Positions 12,663 to 26,930 of a DNA stretch of 64,000 nt are shown here, piece after piece; position 1 is the first letter of the stretch, and every line of letters starts with the position of its first letter. A program made the position numbers and the translations under genes. The stretch is from Rhizodiscina lignyota. Its lineage: Eukaryota. Where the stretch lies: the NCBI GenBank assembly GCA_010015805.1, contig ML978143.1:1-64000 (forward strand), in the 5' to 3' direction. Under the pieces are notes generated by a model. That model saw only the letters and a program-made list of their open reading frames with translations. It ran no database searches and was not told where the DNA came from.

Positions 12663-13910
12663 ATGGTGGAGACAATCGACAGCAACATCCCATTCAGTCT
12701 CGCGTGGTCACAGGAGGAGGAAGTCAATGTCGAGACAAGTATGGCAGACGAACCAAACATCCAGCGGAGGCCATCCACAGTATACCATGTGTACAACAGA
12801 CGGCATGATCATAAACACTATCTCATCACGCCCACGGTCGATCCAGAACGGCAGAGTTTCTGGGGCCGTCGACCAAAGCGGAAGCGGAAAGGTCAGAAGC
12901 AGGAAATCGGTGAAGAGTCCGGGCATGGGAGTATCGAGTCACCATCTCGTACTGGGGGCACAAAGCACAACTCTACAAATCACTACTTCTTACATTTCCC
13001 AACTGTCTGCTTTCGTGCCCCACCCAGGACGCTGAGATTGGGCAACTCGAAAGACGACCCCACGGTCTGCATCCTGCATAATTCATTCTTATGGCGGAGG
13101 TGGAGACTTCAACTCGGAGACGGCCTTGGCGCGCCCGGTGTAGTTGACGGGAGGGGAGTTGTCAGTGTGGAGCACGACTGGAGTAAGCGTTCAGGTGCAG
13201 TAAAGAGAGCTGACACCGACCTGGAAGGCTACAAGCTCCGGACCTGGCGTAGCTGGGGAGAAAGCGGGAAACGGTTCCACCGGGACGAGAATGCGCACAG
13301 GGAGGCAGCGAAGGAGTCCAAGTCGGACGTTCCTCACGCCATTGTACTGAAGACCATGGCACCTACCGCTGCCGACGAGGTCGTATATCTGAGCTGGACC
13401 TCCCCATTCTCACACCACACTCGACGTTACCACTTCCACTTCCGTGGCGTAGACTTCTACTGGAAAGGCACGGGGACGGTGAAGGAGTCGCACTTCTGCG
13501 GCATATTTGTCCGCTTCAACCACCTCAAGCTTGTTGCAAAGGTGCCCCTGTATAATGACACAGACGGTGATGAAGGAGATGCGCTGGAGTATCGTGACAT
13601 CTTTCTCGCAAAATACACGTGCTCGGTCAAGGAGGCCAAAGCGGGTATGCTGGAAATCTACGATGCTGCCGTAGAGCGGTTCGTGTCTGAGTACTTGAGT
13701 GGCAATGAGAGAAAGAGTGGAAAGGAGTTTGGTGGAATCAAGAAGCAAGTCGATGGCGCGCCAACAATGAGAGCGAGAGTGATGAGGCGGATGCACACTG
13801 TAATTGTCGCCACGGCCATGTGCATGATCATCGGTGAGAGGCAGAAGAGAGAGACAATCAAGGAGATTCTGATCGCTGCCGCTTCCGAGGGAGCACAAGG
13901 GAGCGGTTGA
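12663..13910 (+). CDS. Hypothetical fungal protein (415 aa)
   Basis: Long intact ORF containing TRRYHFHFRGVDFYWKGT and VIVATAMCMIIGE segments typical of fungal hypotheticals. No function recognised. Confidence 0.75.
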   Translation: MVETIDSNIPFSLAWSQEEEVNVETSMADEPNIQRRPSTVYHVYNRRHDHKHYLITPTVDPERQSFWGRRPKRKRKGQKQEIGEESGHGSIESPSRTGGTKHNSTNHYFLHFPTVCFRAPPRTLRLGNSKDDPTVCILHNSFLWRRWRLQLGDGLGAPGVVDGRGVVSVEHDWSKRSGAVKRADTDLEGYKLRTWRSWGESGKRFHRDENAHREAAKESKSDVPHAIVLKTMAPTAADEVVYLSWTSPFSHHTRRYHFHFRGVDFYWKGTGTVKESHFCGIFVRFNHLKLVAKVPLYNDTDGDEGDALEYRDIFLAKYTCSVKEAKAGMLEIYDAAVERFVSEYLSGNERKSGKEFGGIKKQVDGAPTMRARVMRRMHTVIVATAMCMIIGERQKRETIKEILIAAASEGAQGSG

Positions 13911-14194
13911 GAATTCATTTTCCTTCAATTCTACCATGGAGCAAGGGCGCATTCTACATAATGATGCCCCGTGTGTACGACATCCTCTCATTTCCAAATA
14001 CAGTCACTTGGATAATTGGATCTGGCACACACCTGGGAGGTGCATTTGGACTGCAGCGTGTAATCGGTTCTGCACGCAGACTTCTGATAACTTACGATCC
14101 AAGGCAATTGAAGCAGCCCTGACCGATCGGCGAAGATACGATAAAGACTTTGTCGGGCCATATGCATGTTTGAAGGATTTGGTATCATCGGACG

Positions 14195-14966
14195 CTATCG
14201 TATCCAATATATTAGCACTCCAACGCCCCAGAACGTCGCCCACCATCTCAATGGCGCACTTCCGGAGTTCCAGACGCTTGTGCTATCATTCTCGACCAGA
14301 ATTGTTCCGCAATCGCCTTGCGCCGTAGTCGGCAAATTGGGGCCCTTCGCGAAAAGCGTCGAGCAGAATTGCCCTCCCGCCGCTGCTTCGGTAACCGGCT
14401 GATTTGTCGTGGTCGTAGCTGTGACGAACACTCCTGGGACTACATTTGTCGTGGTCGTGGTTGGCGCCGCGGCCACGACGACTGTGTTTGTGTCCTGATT
14501 CGCAATTGTTGCTGTCGTCGTGACTTGGTAGGAGTTATACACTGTGACGGTCGAGGCCGCGGCCGCATTGATATTCCCGGAGCATTGCGACCCTGAAGGG
14601 CAGCAGCCGACTACGCCGTTGGATAGCATGGCACAGGTGGTGCCCGATGTGCAACACCTGCATGAGGGATTAGCAATTGGCAAGACCAGAGGTCCCAAGG
14701 ACCGTGAGTTCATACCAATTCCATATATTGATGTTACCACAATTTTGAGGCGCATCGTTGGGGCATATTGCTGGTGCTGCTTGAGAAAACGTACTACCAT
14801 CTGCACCTACTACGTAGACGCCTCCGGACCAGGGCGCATTGACGTTCGTCTGCGCAATTGGATGAGCATTCGGATCTCCACATACGAAACTGTAAGTCAA
14901 AAGGGTAGCAACCCAAAGCCTGGATGTGAGACGTAAGAGAACCGAGGAGTTTATTAGTCTGGCCAT
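14195..14966 (-). CDS. Cys-rich, Thr-rich, probably GPI-anchored cell-surface protein, 2 exons
   Basis: N-terminal hydrophobic signal, CP...CG...WCCTSGTTC...GCCPSGSQC, Thr-rich stalk, FCSTLFAKGP...CGTIL and a hydrophobic C-terminal tail. Intron ~14660-14716 (GTATGA...GCTAAT...CAG). Confidence 0.8.
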
Positions 14967-15907
14967 ATCCGCCGTGGAGACGCGGAGCGACGATTGACAA
15001 GGAGATGCGATTACGGACGATGCCAGTGTCAGCGAATTGCCATGACGACGACAAAAGGTGGGAAAGAGAGAGAAATCGACGAGAGAGAGCGGAAGCGGGC
15101 GGTTTTAACGGTGCAAGCCAAAGCGAAAAGGTCGGGCGCAAGAGAGGGTCGAGTCTCGCGCGTGGAGCCAGCCAGCTTACAGCGAGACCCCGCTCTATAG
15201 CTATCTCGACAGCACACTCAGACCGGACTGCCGCCTCAAAACAAGGCGTCGAAGGCCTATGCAAATCCGCCGGCGTGATGGTTGCGGCAAAGCAAGGTAA
15301 TGGTGGGTAGTTCAGCTTGCTCCTGTGGAGCTCTCCTCTGAAGTGACCGGGAGGAGGTTCGGCGGTGCAGCTTGGGAGCTTGGAAGCTGCAGACACATGC
15401 AGCCCGCGTCAGCCTCGTAGGTCATGGCATGCTCATGGCCTTGCTCATGCACCTCCATTGGCGCATGGCACTGAGGCGTCCGAGTCTGGATGTGAGACAT
15501 AAGCCGTCCTTTGGGCAGCCGCAGACGGGGGAGATGGAGACTTCGTCGTGGATATATACGTGGACGTCGCGCTGCTGGAACGTATATCGTCAAGCCTTGG
15601 GTCGCGATTCCACGCCTCAGTCCCAATAAGAATCCGGCATTTCCTCGTGCATGCGAAACGCCGGTCGAGTCGTGGGCTGCAGAAGGAAAATGCGGTGGCT
15701 GGAAGACGAGGTGACGATGCACGATGCACGATCGTGGGGCTGCCTCGGCAGTTGCGATAAGCCGATAAGGCACCTCCGGGAACATTGGAAACCTCAGACG
15801 ACGCGCTGTCCCGTGCCAGCGTGTCAGCTCCCATCCGACATCCTGATAAGGACGCGTCTTGCCCTCCTCTCTTCAAGCACCTACGTATCGGCGCTCGGCA
15901 CAATAAC

Positions 15908-16766
15908 ATGACCACCAAGGCGGCCACAAAAGCGACCTCGCCGATATACCCGGCATACTGCTTCGCCGCCTCGCCGACTTACAACGCTTGGGTCAAGCTA
16001 ACAGCCGCTGACGTGCACGCGCTGCGCTACGAGCCTGGGTATGAAGGTCAGCCATATCCCATTCTTCACCAAGGACTGTTGACGCTGAACCACTTCCGCA
16101 GGACAGAACCTATACTTCCATTTGAATCACCCTATCCGTTATGTCTGCCTCGTTGGGACCATCGTGGCCATCGACGACCCCACGCCGAAGCTCGCCATCC
16201 TGACGTTGGACGACGGCAGCGGACAGACGATCGAAGTCAAGATTGCGAGGCTGCCGCCGGAGATTGCGAGCTCAGTCGACTGCCCGTCGAACACGGCAGT
16301 GGATAACGTGGATGTCACAACTGGGCTAGGCGCATTTCGAGTCTTTGTGGACCATGTGCACTTGGACATACCCGCCGTGGTGAAGATCAAGTGCACGATA
16401 TCCTGGTTCAGAAACATGCGCCAGCTGGAGTTGAAGCGTATATCCACTGTGCGCTCGACGGACGACGAAGTTAAAGCGTGGGCGGAGCTCGCGGCGTTCA
16501 GACGAGACGTACTTTCACGACCTTGGCACCTGCAGCGGCACAAGCTGGGAGAGCTGGACGCCGAAGCGCGTGCTACAGCACAGAAAGACAGGGAGAGGCA
16601 AAGGGAGAGACTCGACCGCGAGACGAAGAGAAGGGCACGGCGCAGAGCACATGAAGAGAAGGTGAAGGTGTATGAAGAGAAGCTAGAGAGCAGACGTAGG
16701 AAAGAGGAAGTCATGATGAATGCTGGTGCCCTGGAGAGGACAAATTTCATCAATTGGCCGCCTTGA
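15908..16766 (+). CDS. STN1: CST complex subunit Stn1-like OB-fold protein, 2 exons
   Basis: YPAYCF..SPTYNAWVKL..GYEGQNLYFHLNHPIRYVCLVG..LDDGSG..FRNMRQLELKRI..DEVKAW. Intron 16047-16101. Confidence 0.8.
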
Positions 16767-16934
16767 ATATCACTGGTGTGCATGGCGTTGGTTCGCATGT
16801 TTTTACGTTGTTCAAATTCGGATGATACCCCGGGGATTGGATTTGTATCTCTCACATTGGCTATCTAGAACCATCAAACCATCAATCAAGCGACCGGTAT
16901 GCGCAACTCGGTCCACACCCAGGCCCTCTCAGAC

Positions 16935-17600
16935 CTAGTTATCCAGTCCCGGGCAGTTCTCAGACGACTTGTCGGTGATATCGGAATACGGATACGGATC
17001 CGTCCAGATGATATCGTAGCTTGTGACTGGATCAGCAATCATTTAGGTCACTCGGTTCCCAGAGACACTTACTCATCGCTATCGTACTTCGGAGCATTCT
17101 TGTCGCCGAGTGCCTTGACAATGTCATGCAGCGCGTCGTGCTCCCAGCAGATCAGGATGTTGCCGGGACCAGAGTATGCCTCGACCACACCAGCGACGCA
17201 GTCCTGGTCGTCACGCTGGCACGAAGTATCTATCGTTAGGCCCAGCTCGTTGGCCAGCGGCACAACTGTATCATAAGGGCGCTGTTGGCTGCCATCTGTG
17301 GAAATGAAGAATCTTCAGCGACAGATGTCGTGGATTGACCGGAGTGTCTTTTAGACAAGACTGGCGATTAATAAGGATCCAGTACTTACCACTCTGAGGC
17401 GTCTGCGCCATGATGTAGTCGATGTCATAGCCGCTGCTTGGACCAAAGACGTTGGTCAGGCATTGCGCACGCTCCTCGCCTTGTGAGCTCAAGCCGTCGC
17501 CGCTGTCGGGCTTCTCCCCATGGCGGATGAGATAGACCGTTGCCTGGGCGGAGGCGAGCGAGAAGAGGGTGAGGGTGGTGAGGATGTTGATGGCTCTCAT
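16935..17600 (-). CDS. Secreted histidine-phosphatase/phosphoglycerate-mutase-family protein, 3 exons
   Basis: Signal peptide, VYLIRHGEKP, RPYDTV.PLA, ILICWEH and terminal ENCPGLDN*. Introns ~17296-17389 and ~17021-17072. Confidence 0.85.
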
Positions 17601-18900
17601 TGTTGCTTGAGAAGGCTGAATGGGGAAAGCTGATGTCAATTTGACTACTGATCCGTGCAATCAATTTAGATGGAATCGAATGAGGACCTTGGATTGCTCC
17701 GAATGAGGCCCCCTTTATATAGTAAAGAATGCCATAGCGCCTCCCAATCGTTCTCTGGTGATACACCTTCTTCGCGCACCGAAGCCGGAGAGAAGGCGCC
17801 GCCATGCATATAAGTGTGGACTTGAGAATGGGGTAGCTGCAGTTAACTCTCGAAGGCGCAGCGTGAAATACGAGAGGTCAGATATTCTCAGGTACCGAAG
17901 GAGCGGGCGCCAGTACAAAGACTGTAGAATTAAGGACGGTAGCACACGATGTGGCGACACTTTCTCTTTCCAGTACGCGATCTCGGCGGCCTCGCAGCCA
18001 GGTGGTATGAAGTTGGAAGTTTCGAAGCGACAAAGGATAAGACGTAGCACGAAGACAATGCAGATCTTACGGTGGGAGGATTAAGGAACAGGAAGGAGTG
18101 ACGATGCTATTCCGAGCTGAGCACATGCTCGTGGGGATGTAGAGGTTGCGATGCTAGCTGGAAAAGGCAGGCTGGAGAAATAGGAAGCGCGGGTACAGCG
18201 CCGTACAGTAAAGATCGCCACTGTGACTGACTCTGGGAAGTAGGCGTGCTGGGAAATAGCGATGTTACCTGGCCGCCGTGTGCAACGGAAGACACGATGG
18301 ATTTGTCTCATGAAATGGTGGGATGCTGGTTCGCAGTGGGATGGAATTGGTTGCCCTCGCTGGGAGTGGGACAAACGACTATTTCCACCAACTCGGCGGC
18401 CATCGGACAACCAGTTCAGAGCTGGCGCACAAGATCGCTTGTCTCGTTTGTCAAGATCCAGATGAGATACTAGTGAAACAGGTGTCGTAATTTGGCCAAT
18501 CCTTCATCCGAGCTTATTGCAACGTCACGCTCAGTAATCCGCACAGGCGGCATTGGAAATGCGATCAGTGATCGTGTCAAGGACAGCCAAAGCACTTTTA
18601 TATTAGAGCAGGTACCTGTGTACTGCGCGAGCCATTGCGACTCCTGCAGATCTACGAGTATGCGCGATTTAATGGGCCCTTCTTCGGCGATTTGCCAATT
18701 GCTTCTGCATCGAGCGAGATTCTGTTAAGTCATTTCCGACCAAAGGCCGAGGGAACCTCGGAAGCAGCAAGACGAGTCATACTTTCAACAAGTTAAGGCT
18801 TGCTGAAATTTGGCCTATTTAACATCACACCTGCCTGCTATTTCCATTCGGCGCGGTTTCCTTCCCGACCGCGTTTGTATATCCTGCATCACGTGGAGAA

Positions 18901-20038
18901 TTAGTTCATTTCAGACGTCCGGCCCGCAACGTATTTGGAACGGGTTAGCTCACCTCTTTCCGTCTCCGTAGGATCTATGGTCCCAACCTGGGTGAGGTGG
19001 CGGACTAAACCTTCATCGCCATCCTCGTGCTTGTTGTGGCCTCCTTGGATGTTCTGCAGCGAATCCCGCAGAAGTAATTCATAGTATCCCGTCGCAAAGA
19101 GCGTTGCTGGAATATTGACTAGGATGGAGATCCAACAGTAACCGTTGTCGAACGTGAAGGCCTCCTTGCCGAAGAAGATGGCTGCAACGATACGAGTCCC
19201 CAGGTCCCTGGCCAAGTTTGTGGAGATGGTGTTGCCAGCAAAGCCCCAAACCATCACACCATACGCAAGACCGATTGTCCATGGAACACTGGCGGCCGTG
19301 TGGAATGGGTTCGCAGGATCAAGACAGGTCCAGATGATTAGGCCAATGAAGCTGTCGACAAAGAACTCTTGGAGGAAGATGTAGCCTTGATTCGTCTGAT
19401 TTGGGTTAGGGAAAACGCAGAGGATGCTCGCTGCCCCGCCGTTAAAGACTGTCGTCCCGTGCTCGGCAATATTGGCAGCTTTAAGAGCTTGGATTTCAGG
19501 CCAGTACATGCCCATCAGCAAGAGGCCTGCCATGAAGGCACCGAAGATCTGGGAGAAAATATAATGAGGAACCTTTTTCCATGGGAAGCCCTGCCAAAGG
19601 GCAAGCGCAATTGTGATTGCGGGGTTAAAATGACCACCTGATGTCGGAGCACAGGTGATGATAGCGAAGGCAATACCGATGGCAAACGCCCATCCGATCT
19701 GGAAGATGCTACCAAACGCCGTGATGCCGAGCGGAGAGGTGCCGTTGATCGTAAAGCTAGCAACGGACGCGATACCTGGTAGACTACGAGACGCGTCAGT
19801 CATTCGGCCGACAAGACCTCTAAACTCCGAGGACGCACACGTAGTAGAAGACTCCCGTAGCTTCCGCCATACACTCCCGCAAGATCCGGGGCCGTTTGTG
19901 CTCGAACGTGAGCTTGCGCTGCGACACTGGTTTCGTAGGGACAACATGGCGAGTGATGTGTTTCTCGAGCGCCTCCGTATACCCCAGCTCAAGATCGTGA
20001 GTGTGAAGGCGCTCAAGGTGCCGTCGGTCTTCGCCCAT
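18901..20038 (-). CDS. Aquaglyceroporin (MIP family), 2 exons
   Basis: SGGHFNPA and STNLARDLG (NPA/NLA, D after the second motif), six TM helices. Exon 1 is MGEDRRH...ECMAEATGVFYYV; intron ~19778-19838. Confidence 0.92.
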
Positions 20039-21827
20039 CTTTGCTGCCTATCTGTCTTTGGGGTTTACGACTTCCGAGTTAGGAGGGAGCGGACAAAGAA
20101 GGGTTTATTAAAAGAGGACGAAATGTTGAAAGTGAGAAGAGGTGACGAAATAATGCAGATGCAGGTCGGACTGATCGACGGCCTTATATACCAGGAACCA
20201 TGAGGCTGTCCAAGGTAAATGCTCGATTAAAGAAGATGAACGCATTCTGGAATTTAGCCCTTCGCCAGGAGAAGACCAAAACCTCGCATGTTCTCCGTTC
20301 CTCCACATCGCGCATTGACCGGCAAACTCGGATGGAGTCGCCAGTGGACCATTTGGCGACTTTCGAAGCCGAGAATGACAGAGCAATGACAGAACAGACG
20401 CCATAACTCCAATCACCGACGCCATCACCATGGCTAGACGAGGGACCCCGCGGGGATTGGGTATGGGGACAGCGGGTCCAGTTTGATGGGACGGGAAGAG
20501 TTGGGAGTTGTAAGTGGCGTTGAATCTTCACTGTCGCCGCCTGGTTGGCCACGAGCAGTGGTAGGTCCCAAACACGAGAAGCATACGTACGAAGTGCCAA
20601 TCGCCAACAGCCGGACGCCTGGAGAACGTGGAGCCTGATGGCGAGAAAGAGATTAGAGAGGGTTCGGAGGAGTATGCCTAGGCTGGCGCAATCCGACGGG
20701 AAGGATCTGCACGAGGTATTGCGGGGACGGCGTCTTCGGAAACATTGGTGTACATGATGCTTGACCGTTCGGACGAAAAGGGCTTTATCGCTTCTTCGCT
20801 CTCTCCAGCTTCACGCCGACTGCTCCAGAGCTTGCGGCTGAACGTGTCGAATTTAGTTCGTAATAGCCAAGCTCGTCTAACGACTCCAAACTTCGAGAAA
20901 TTGCCGATGCGCAAATATGTCGAGGACTTCATTTTCTCCAATCTCCGCAAGGAGATATGGCTGGCGTAGGTGGCATCCGATTCAGCAAATAACGCAAGAT
21001 GCGTGTTGTGCCTCGTTAGGACATGGATCTGGTCGGATCGATGACTGACAAATGCTTTCACGTCCCCAATATGTCACCGGGTGGGCGCTTTGCGACTGGA
21101 TGAAACGTTCGGAGGTCACATTTGCCTCCGCATTGGATCATTGCGGAGCATATGGGGAAGGCGGGGACTGCTCTGGTGGATCTGGAAGATCATCCCGAGA
21201 ACAGGAGAGGAACTGAGGCGCTGCAGACGTAATGATCCGGTGGTTGCAAGCCACCAAGCCCTTCAGGCATTGTCTGCCGTCCGTAGCCGTGGGAATTCCC
21301 TGCAGGCTCTGCAGGGGACGCCTCGCAGGTTTCCGTCAAGATCCATGCCAAGACTAAGCTTGTTTTCGAAGGAGCCGCGGTATTTCCGCCACACGAGATG
21401 CAAGTGCTGTTACGTTGTTGTGGGTCACTGTGGAATTCGTCGAGGGCAGAGTGCGGAATTTGGGGTTCAAGCGAGCGGTACCGTGTACGAGCGAAAAGGG
21501 GCTATACCCGATCGGGAATGTGCGTACGGGCCAATCGACAGGCAGGGCAGGACGGCAGAGCCTTGCGGGCCACTCAGCGCTGTCCAAGTTTTCGGATTGC
21601 CGGGGAATCGACGTCGATATTAAGTAATTCTCATATACGGAGCTGGACAGATACAATTGTTGCGGCAGAATTGTTGCTGGTCTAAGATCGCAACAGTGTG
21701 AGATGGGACGTGTTGATATTCGGCATTAGCGAGGATCTTTGCGTGCAGATATAACTACAAGGAAAAAGGGAAACGTATTTATAATACAAGCGTGGAATTA
21801 TAGCCGTTTACGTACCAATGGCCAGGT

Positions 21828-24800
21828 CTATTCGTTCTTCGACTTCTTCTTCCCCTTCAAGCTGCTCTTCTTAGGAACCCTAACGGCCCAATACAAAAAT
21901 ACAGCAACCATAACATTGAAGCAGATGTACGCCCAAAGAATCCCAAAGTTGCGCCACGACTCGCTGTAGCTGATATTCACCTGGGCCAAGAACTGGTTTG
22001 TGGAGCTGAGGGGGCACAGCTCGCAGAATGAGGTGTTGGCGGACTCGGGAGTCAGATATCCAACACCATTAGAAAGATACTCGCGAAGGTATTCCTGGCA
22101 TGTTTGGCCAGACGGCGCGTTAAAGTGTTGTAGCTCGTTACTCGCGCAAACAAGATTGGTGTTTGCTACGGCGGTCGAAAGCATGCCGGAGACGAAATAC
22201 GTGAAGGGAGAGACGCGATACATGAAGATCCAGAAGCCTGGGAGCGCCGTTGGCGTGGCAAGAACACTGTTCCATATCAACGTCAAGTCCGAATTATGTT
22301 CAAGGCTTGGACTTTACTTACCCGCAGAAGATGAGGGAGACGGAGAACAGAAGATTACCAACATTGCCTCCACCCTCGGCTGTCTCAATGCCTGCGATAG
22401 TCATGTTTGCGAACGTCGACGCGTACACCAGGAACTCCCAAATGAACAAGAACATCTGCGCACCACGGAGGTGTACTTGATGTGTGGGCTCGGCGTTCTT
22501 GTACAGGCCGATGGGATAGTACCAGGTAAAGAAAAGGATGACAGCCATGAGAGACTGCCACGGAATCTCGACAAGCACATTGGCCAACAAGAAAGCCTTC
22601 CAACTGTACGCCTTCGACGGCCGTTCCCGAGCCTCATACAAAGCTCGCTGTGTGACGAAGTGGGGGTGGATCTGTTGGACAAGTTGCGAGAAGATCGTCA
22701 TCAACATGAAGATGCCGAACATCTGATTCTGCAGGCCTTGTTGTGAGTTACTCTCGTTGAAGAAGCTGAAACCAATGAACAGCCCGGAGAACAGGCACAG
22801 CGCTGTCTTGGAATAAATGTACACCGGTGTCCGCCAGTATTGTTGGAAGACTCGCACTGTCACTCCCCAGAATTGCTGATAGAACGGAGCGGCAAACTCT
22901 CTGTAGCTGGACTTGTCGTTTGGATCGATAGCAGGGGCTGCTTCCTTTGGCCTAGCCTCCTTCATCTTCTCGAGTTCACCTTTTACTCCTTGAAGCTCAG
23001 GGCTATCTCGCCACACCTGCGACCAGTCGATGTCGGTCGACGAGCCCGGGGCTGCTCCAATGACTTCGAGCATCCACTCTGCGGGATTTGCTTCCTGTGG
23101 GCATGGGCTAGCGCCATTGCGCTCGAAGTAGCTGGTCAAAACATGAGAGTTCTTCCCAATTTCTCCAAAGTAAACGGGCTTCCCACCCTTGGCGAGGAAG
23201 AGCAGGCGGTTGAAGCGTTGGAACAACATCGCAGACGGTTGGTGAATGGTGCAAAGAATGGCCTGGCCGTTCTTAGTGAGCTTCTCCATCAGATCGCAGA
23301 TAGCCCAGGACGTCTGAGAATCAAGACCTGAGGTTGGCTCGTCCAAGAACAGCAGAAGTTGCGGTTTGGCTGCAAGCTCCACACCGATGGTAAGACGCTT
23401 CCTCTGTTCGACGTTTAGACCTTCACCTGGAACACCAACGACGGCCTCGGCGTACTCTTCCATATCGAGTAAGCTGATCACTTCATCGACATAAGCAAGC
23501 TTGTCCGTGCGAGAGATGTGGGCAGGTTGACGAAGCAAAGCGCTAAAATTGAGAGCCTCTCTGACTGTGGCCGTCTGGAGATGCAGATCCTGTTGCTGGA
23601 CATACCCGGTCTTGCGTTGGAAGCTGGCATCTCGCAGTCGGCCATCGACGAGCATCTCGCCGCCAATAACGCCCGTCGTCTTTCGAGTTGCAAGGACATC
23701 CAAAAGTGTAGTCTTGCCAGCGCCGGACTCGCCCATTAACGCAGTCAGTGTCCCTGGTTTCACCCAACCGTCGATGAGGTCCAGGAGGCGTCGTTCGCCT
23801 CCCTTCACTTTAATATCGTAAGTCACGTCCGACCAGTGAAAGATTGACGTCTGCTTCTGGATTGCATTCCCTGCCTCCTTGTCCAAGTCCTTTTCGATAG
23901 GAACAGGTCGACCTGGAGCAGCTTCCAAGTCGTTCGGCGTCGTCTTTGCCAGGGTCTTTGGGAAATGGGTACGCGGGAAGATCAAGACTTCTCCCCTTGA
24001 CTTCTTTGCGGACACAACCTCCGCGGCCCAGAGATAGCAACCGAAGAAAAAAAGCAAGAAGCCTATGATGATGCCAAAGTTTCGCCACTTGTGGGCATGG
24101 TAGTATTGGAAGCTGGAAGCGAGGAAGTCATCGCCGAGAACGACATCGGAGCCCGGTTTGGATCCCACTGTTGCACAAGCTCTGCTGTCCGCCGGAACAT
24201 TCGCATAGCCAGGACCGGTGGGAACATAGTTTGAGCAGGTGAAATTCCGATTGTGAAACTCGTTGACCATGATTGCTTCAAAACTGTATGCGATCGGATT
24301 GATGTAATTGATCCAGCGAGCCCAGCCGTGCATGTAAGTCGTCGGGATAGCAAACCCAGTGTATATGACGATGGCCAATATTATAAGGGCGGCAGGTGCC
24401 AGAGCTTGCTCCAGTGACCGCGAGACCGACGCGATGGTCCGGAACATCATTGACATGACCATAGTTGTGAAGAACGATATTAGCAGGAAGAAGAAGAACG
24501 CGCCCGGCTCTCGTCGGAGATGCGTCATGAAATATAACACAAGATTGAAGAGGATAGCGTTAGTGATTACGTATGGCATGTTACACAGGAGGCTGGCGAA
24601 TGCTTCTGCTGACGGGTGGTAGAGGGCGTATCTCGAGTGCTTTTCTACAATGGGTCGTTGGGCATATAGGACGAGAATCTGAAAACCAGTTAAATTGAGA
24701 CGGAGGCAGGGATTTTTGCATTCTCACCTCTAGTGCAGAGCCAAATGCGTTAAGAAGGATGGCAAAGAAGAGGAGTGCGCCGCGCTGAAAGAAGCTGTTT

Positions 24801-26596
24801 GTGTTAGGCTGCAGATTGAAGAAGACACTGGCGACAACCATGGCCATGATGGAGTTGAAGAAAGCCTGCACGAAAGTGATGCTCGGATCGGCCCTTAGTC
24901 TCTGCCAACCTCTCCAGAGGCACAAGCTGACCTGCTGGAGGTAGGATAAGGTATACGGGGACTTCCTTCGTTGTACTTTGGCCTGCTGCGCCGTCCGAGA
25001 TTGGATGAATTTCTCCAGGTACTCGCCACCAATTGTATACTTCTTGTCGTACTCATCAAGGTCTTTCATGAGCTGTTTGTAATTGGCGCTGTCTTTCCAC
25101 CGCTGTGCAAATTCGTCGGGTGTACGTGGCACGAGATTTTCAAAGCCCGGGCGGATCACACGTTCTTGTGAGCTTGTCATTGAGGTGAGGAAATCAGCAT
25201 CAGTTTGACGATTCGGGCACTCGAAACCCATGTCGACGAAGAATTGCTTCGCCTCGCTTGTCTTGCCAAAGAAGATTTGCCGTCCTTCATATAGCACGAT
25301 AGCTTTGTCAAAAAACTACAACGTGTCAGCATGCATCTAACCAGGCCTTGGCCGTAACCCGAGACGTACGTCATATGCGCTTTGAGGTGCCTGATAAATG
25401 GAGACACAGGCGGTAGCTCCGAGAATATCGGTGCTCATACGTAACGTCTTGCAGAATTCGATGGCATTAGCTGAGTCGAGACCACGGGTGCTGTTATCCC
25501 AGCACTGTAGAGGCGCCTGTGAGAGGGCGGCTTCCGCAATCGTGACACGCTTTCTCTCTCCGCCAGACACACCCCTGATGAAGTCGTTGCCTACTGGAGT
25601 ATCCAGCGTGTGCAAGATACCAAAAGTTGCCATCATGACATCACGCATGTGTTCAGCATACTGACGCCTGGAGACGCCTCCTGGAATGTGCTGAGGTGCT
25701 CTCGCACGAGCAGCGAAAGACAATGTGTCGCCTACTGTCAGCATGGGGAAGTGAACATCGATTTCGGCGGTGTAGATGGACTCGCCACGGAAGTTTTCGT
25801 GCATTTGTTTCGCGCTTATGCCCTGGTAGTTCAGATAGGAGTTTTCGTCGATGACAAAGCCATGGGTTTCACCAGAGATAGTCTTGAGGAAGGTTGTACA
25901 ACCAGATCCAGGAGGCCCAAGGACGACGAGCATCTCTCCGGCTTCTACAATGCCATCAAAGTTCCTCAGAATGTCGATCTTACGCTTGCCTCCACCAAGA
26001 AGCCTGCGTACAAAGCCCCAGCCTTCAAGCCAGATGTTCCCGACGGTCTTCTGGTAATCGGTGGATATGCCAAAGCCATAGGCACTCAGGTTTCGAAAAG
26101 CGATGCCGGCAGTCCGTTGTGGGTACTTTTCCGGGTCCCTCGACTGCAGTTGAAGGAGTGACTTCGCCCACGAGCGAGCCTTGAAGTTCTTGGAGTGTGG
26201 ATCCAACTCCGAATCTTTCTCTGGTTGGAAGGGATTCATGTCTCCTGGATTAAAGGTCGTGTGAGACTGGTTCGTGATCCTTCTGGCTAAGTTTAGGACC
26301 TCCTTGTCTCTCCGACGCTGCTCTTCGATCGAGTCTGCATCTTCGTTTGCGCTCTCATATGGGCCCGAGTCTCCAGATTCTTCAATTCCTGCATCGGCAG
26401 CTTTTTCCTTCGCGTCTGGAGACTGCATGCTGGGGCTCCGCCCGAAAGGGAATGACAGGCGCCGCAGCACGCCAGGACTGTCGTCGTCTGCGTCATCTCT
26501 GCTGCGGGTAGGATGGACGCCATCAGATTCGCCAACTCCCTCAGTCCTGGCAGTGTTGTCGTGGCTGCCGAATGGAAAGCTGCCCGCAATGGACAT
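21828..26596 (-). CDS. Full-size PDR-type ABCG multidrug transporter (Cdr1/Pdr5/AbcG1-like), 4 exons
   Basis: NBD1 [31 protein letters not shown]2 [27 protein letters not shown]; two TMDs with PDR WRNFGI motifs. Introns ~25317-25368, ~24678-24727 and 22267-22321. Confidence 0.97.
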
Positions 26597-26912
26597 GGTG
26601 GGCTGGAGAGAAAGTGGCCAATCGGTTCAAGCGAGGCCACTGCTGTCCGCGTCAGGCATACGCGAGAATGGAAAAAGAGGCGGAGGGAGCGATAGAAGGA
26701 TAGTTGAAGACAGTTAACAAAGCGCCCACGACATTGGAATGCCTCAAGAGTAGGGAGACTACTAGTATTTACGGAGGACGAAAAGATACGGACAAGGTTG
26801 GAAGGGAACACGCCCTGCCGCGACGCGCCTTCAGGCTTCGGAGATGCCACCTCTTGAGCACTCCCTTGACTCGGTACAGATCAGGATGCTTCCACGATTC
26901 AGCCTTATACGC

Positions 26913-26930
26913 CGGATGCCACGCCTCCCG
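26913..26930. promoter_or_regulatory. CGG-N12-CCG Zn2Cys6 site (AtrR-response-element-like)
   Basis: CGG atgccacgcctc CCG, about 320 bp upstream of the PDR transporter ATG. Confidence 0.55.

Noticed and set aside
16139..16855. Long antisense ORFs (also 5693-6277, 22000-22746, 58721-59380 and others)
   Set aside because: Shadow frames of real genes with no independent motifs.
20050..21800. Short ORFs between the aquaporin and the PDR gene
   Set aside because: No recognisable motifs or consistent exon structure; probably promoter or UTR sequence.
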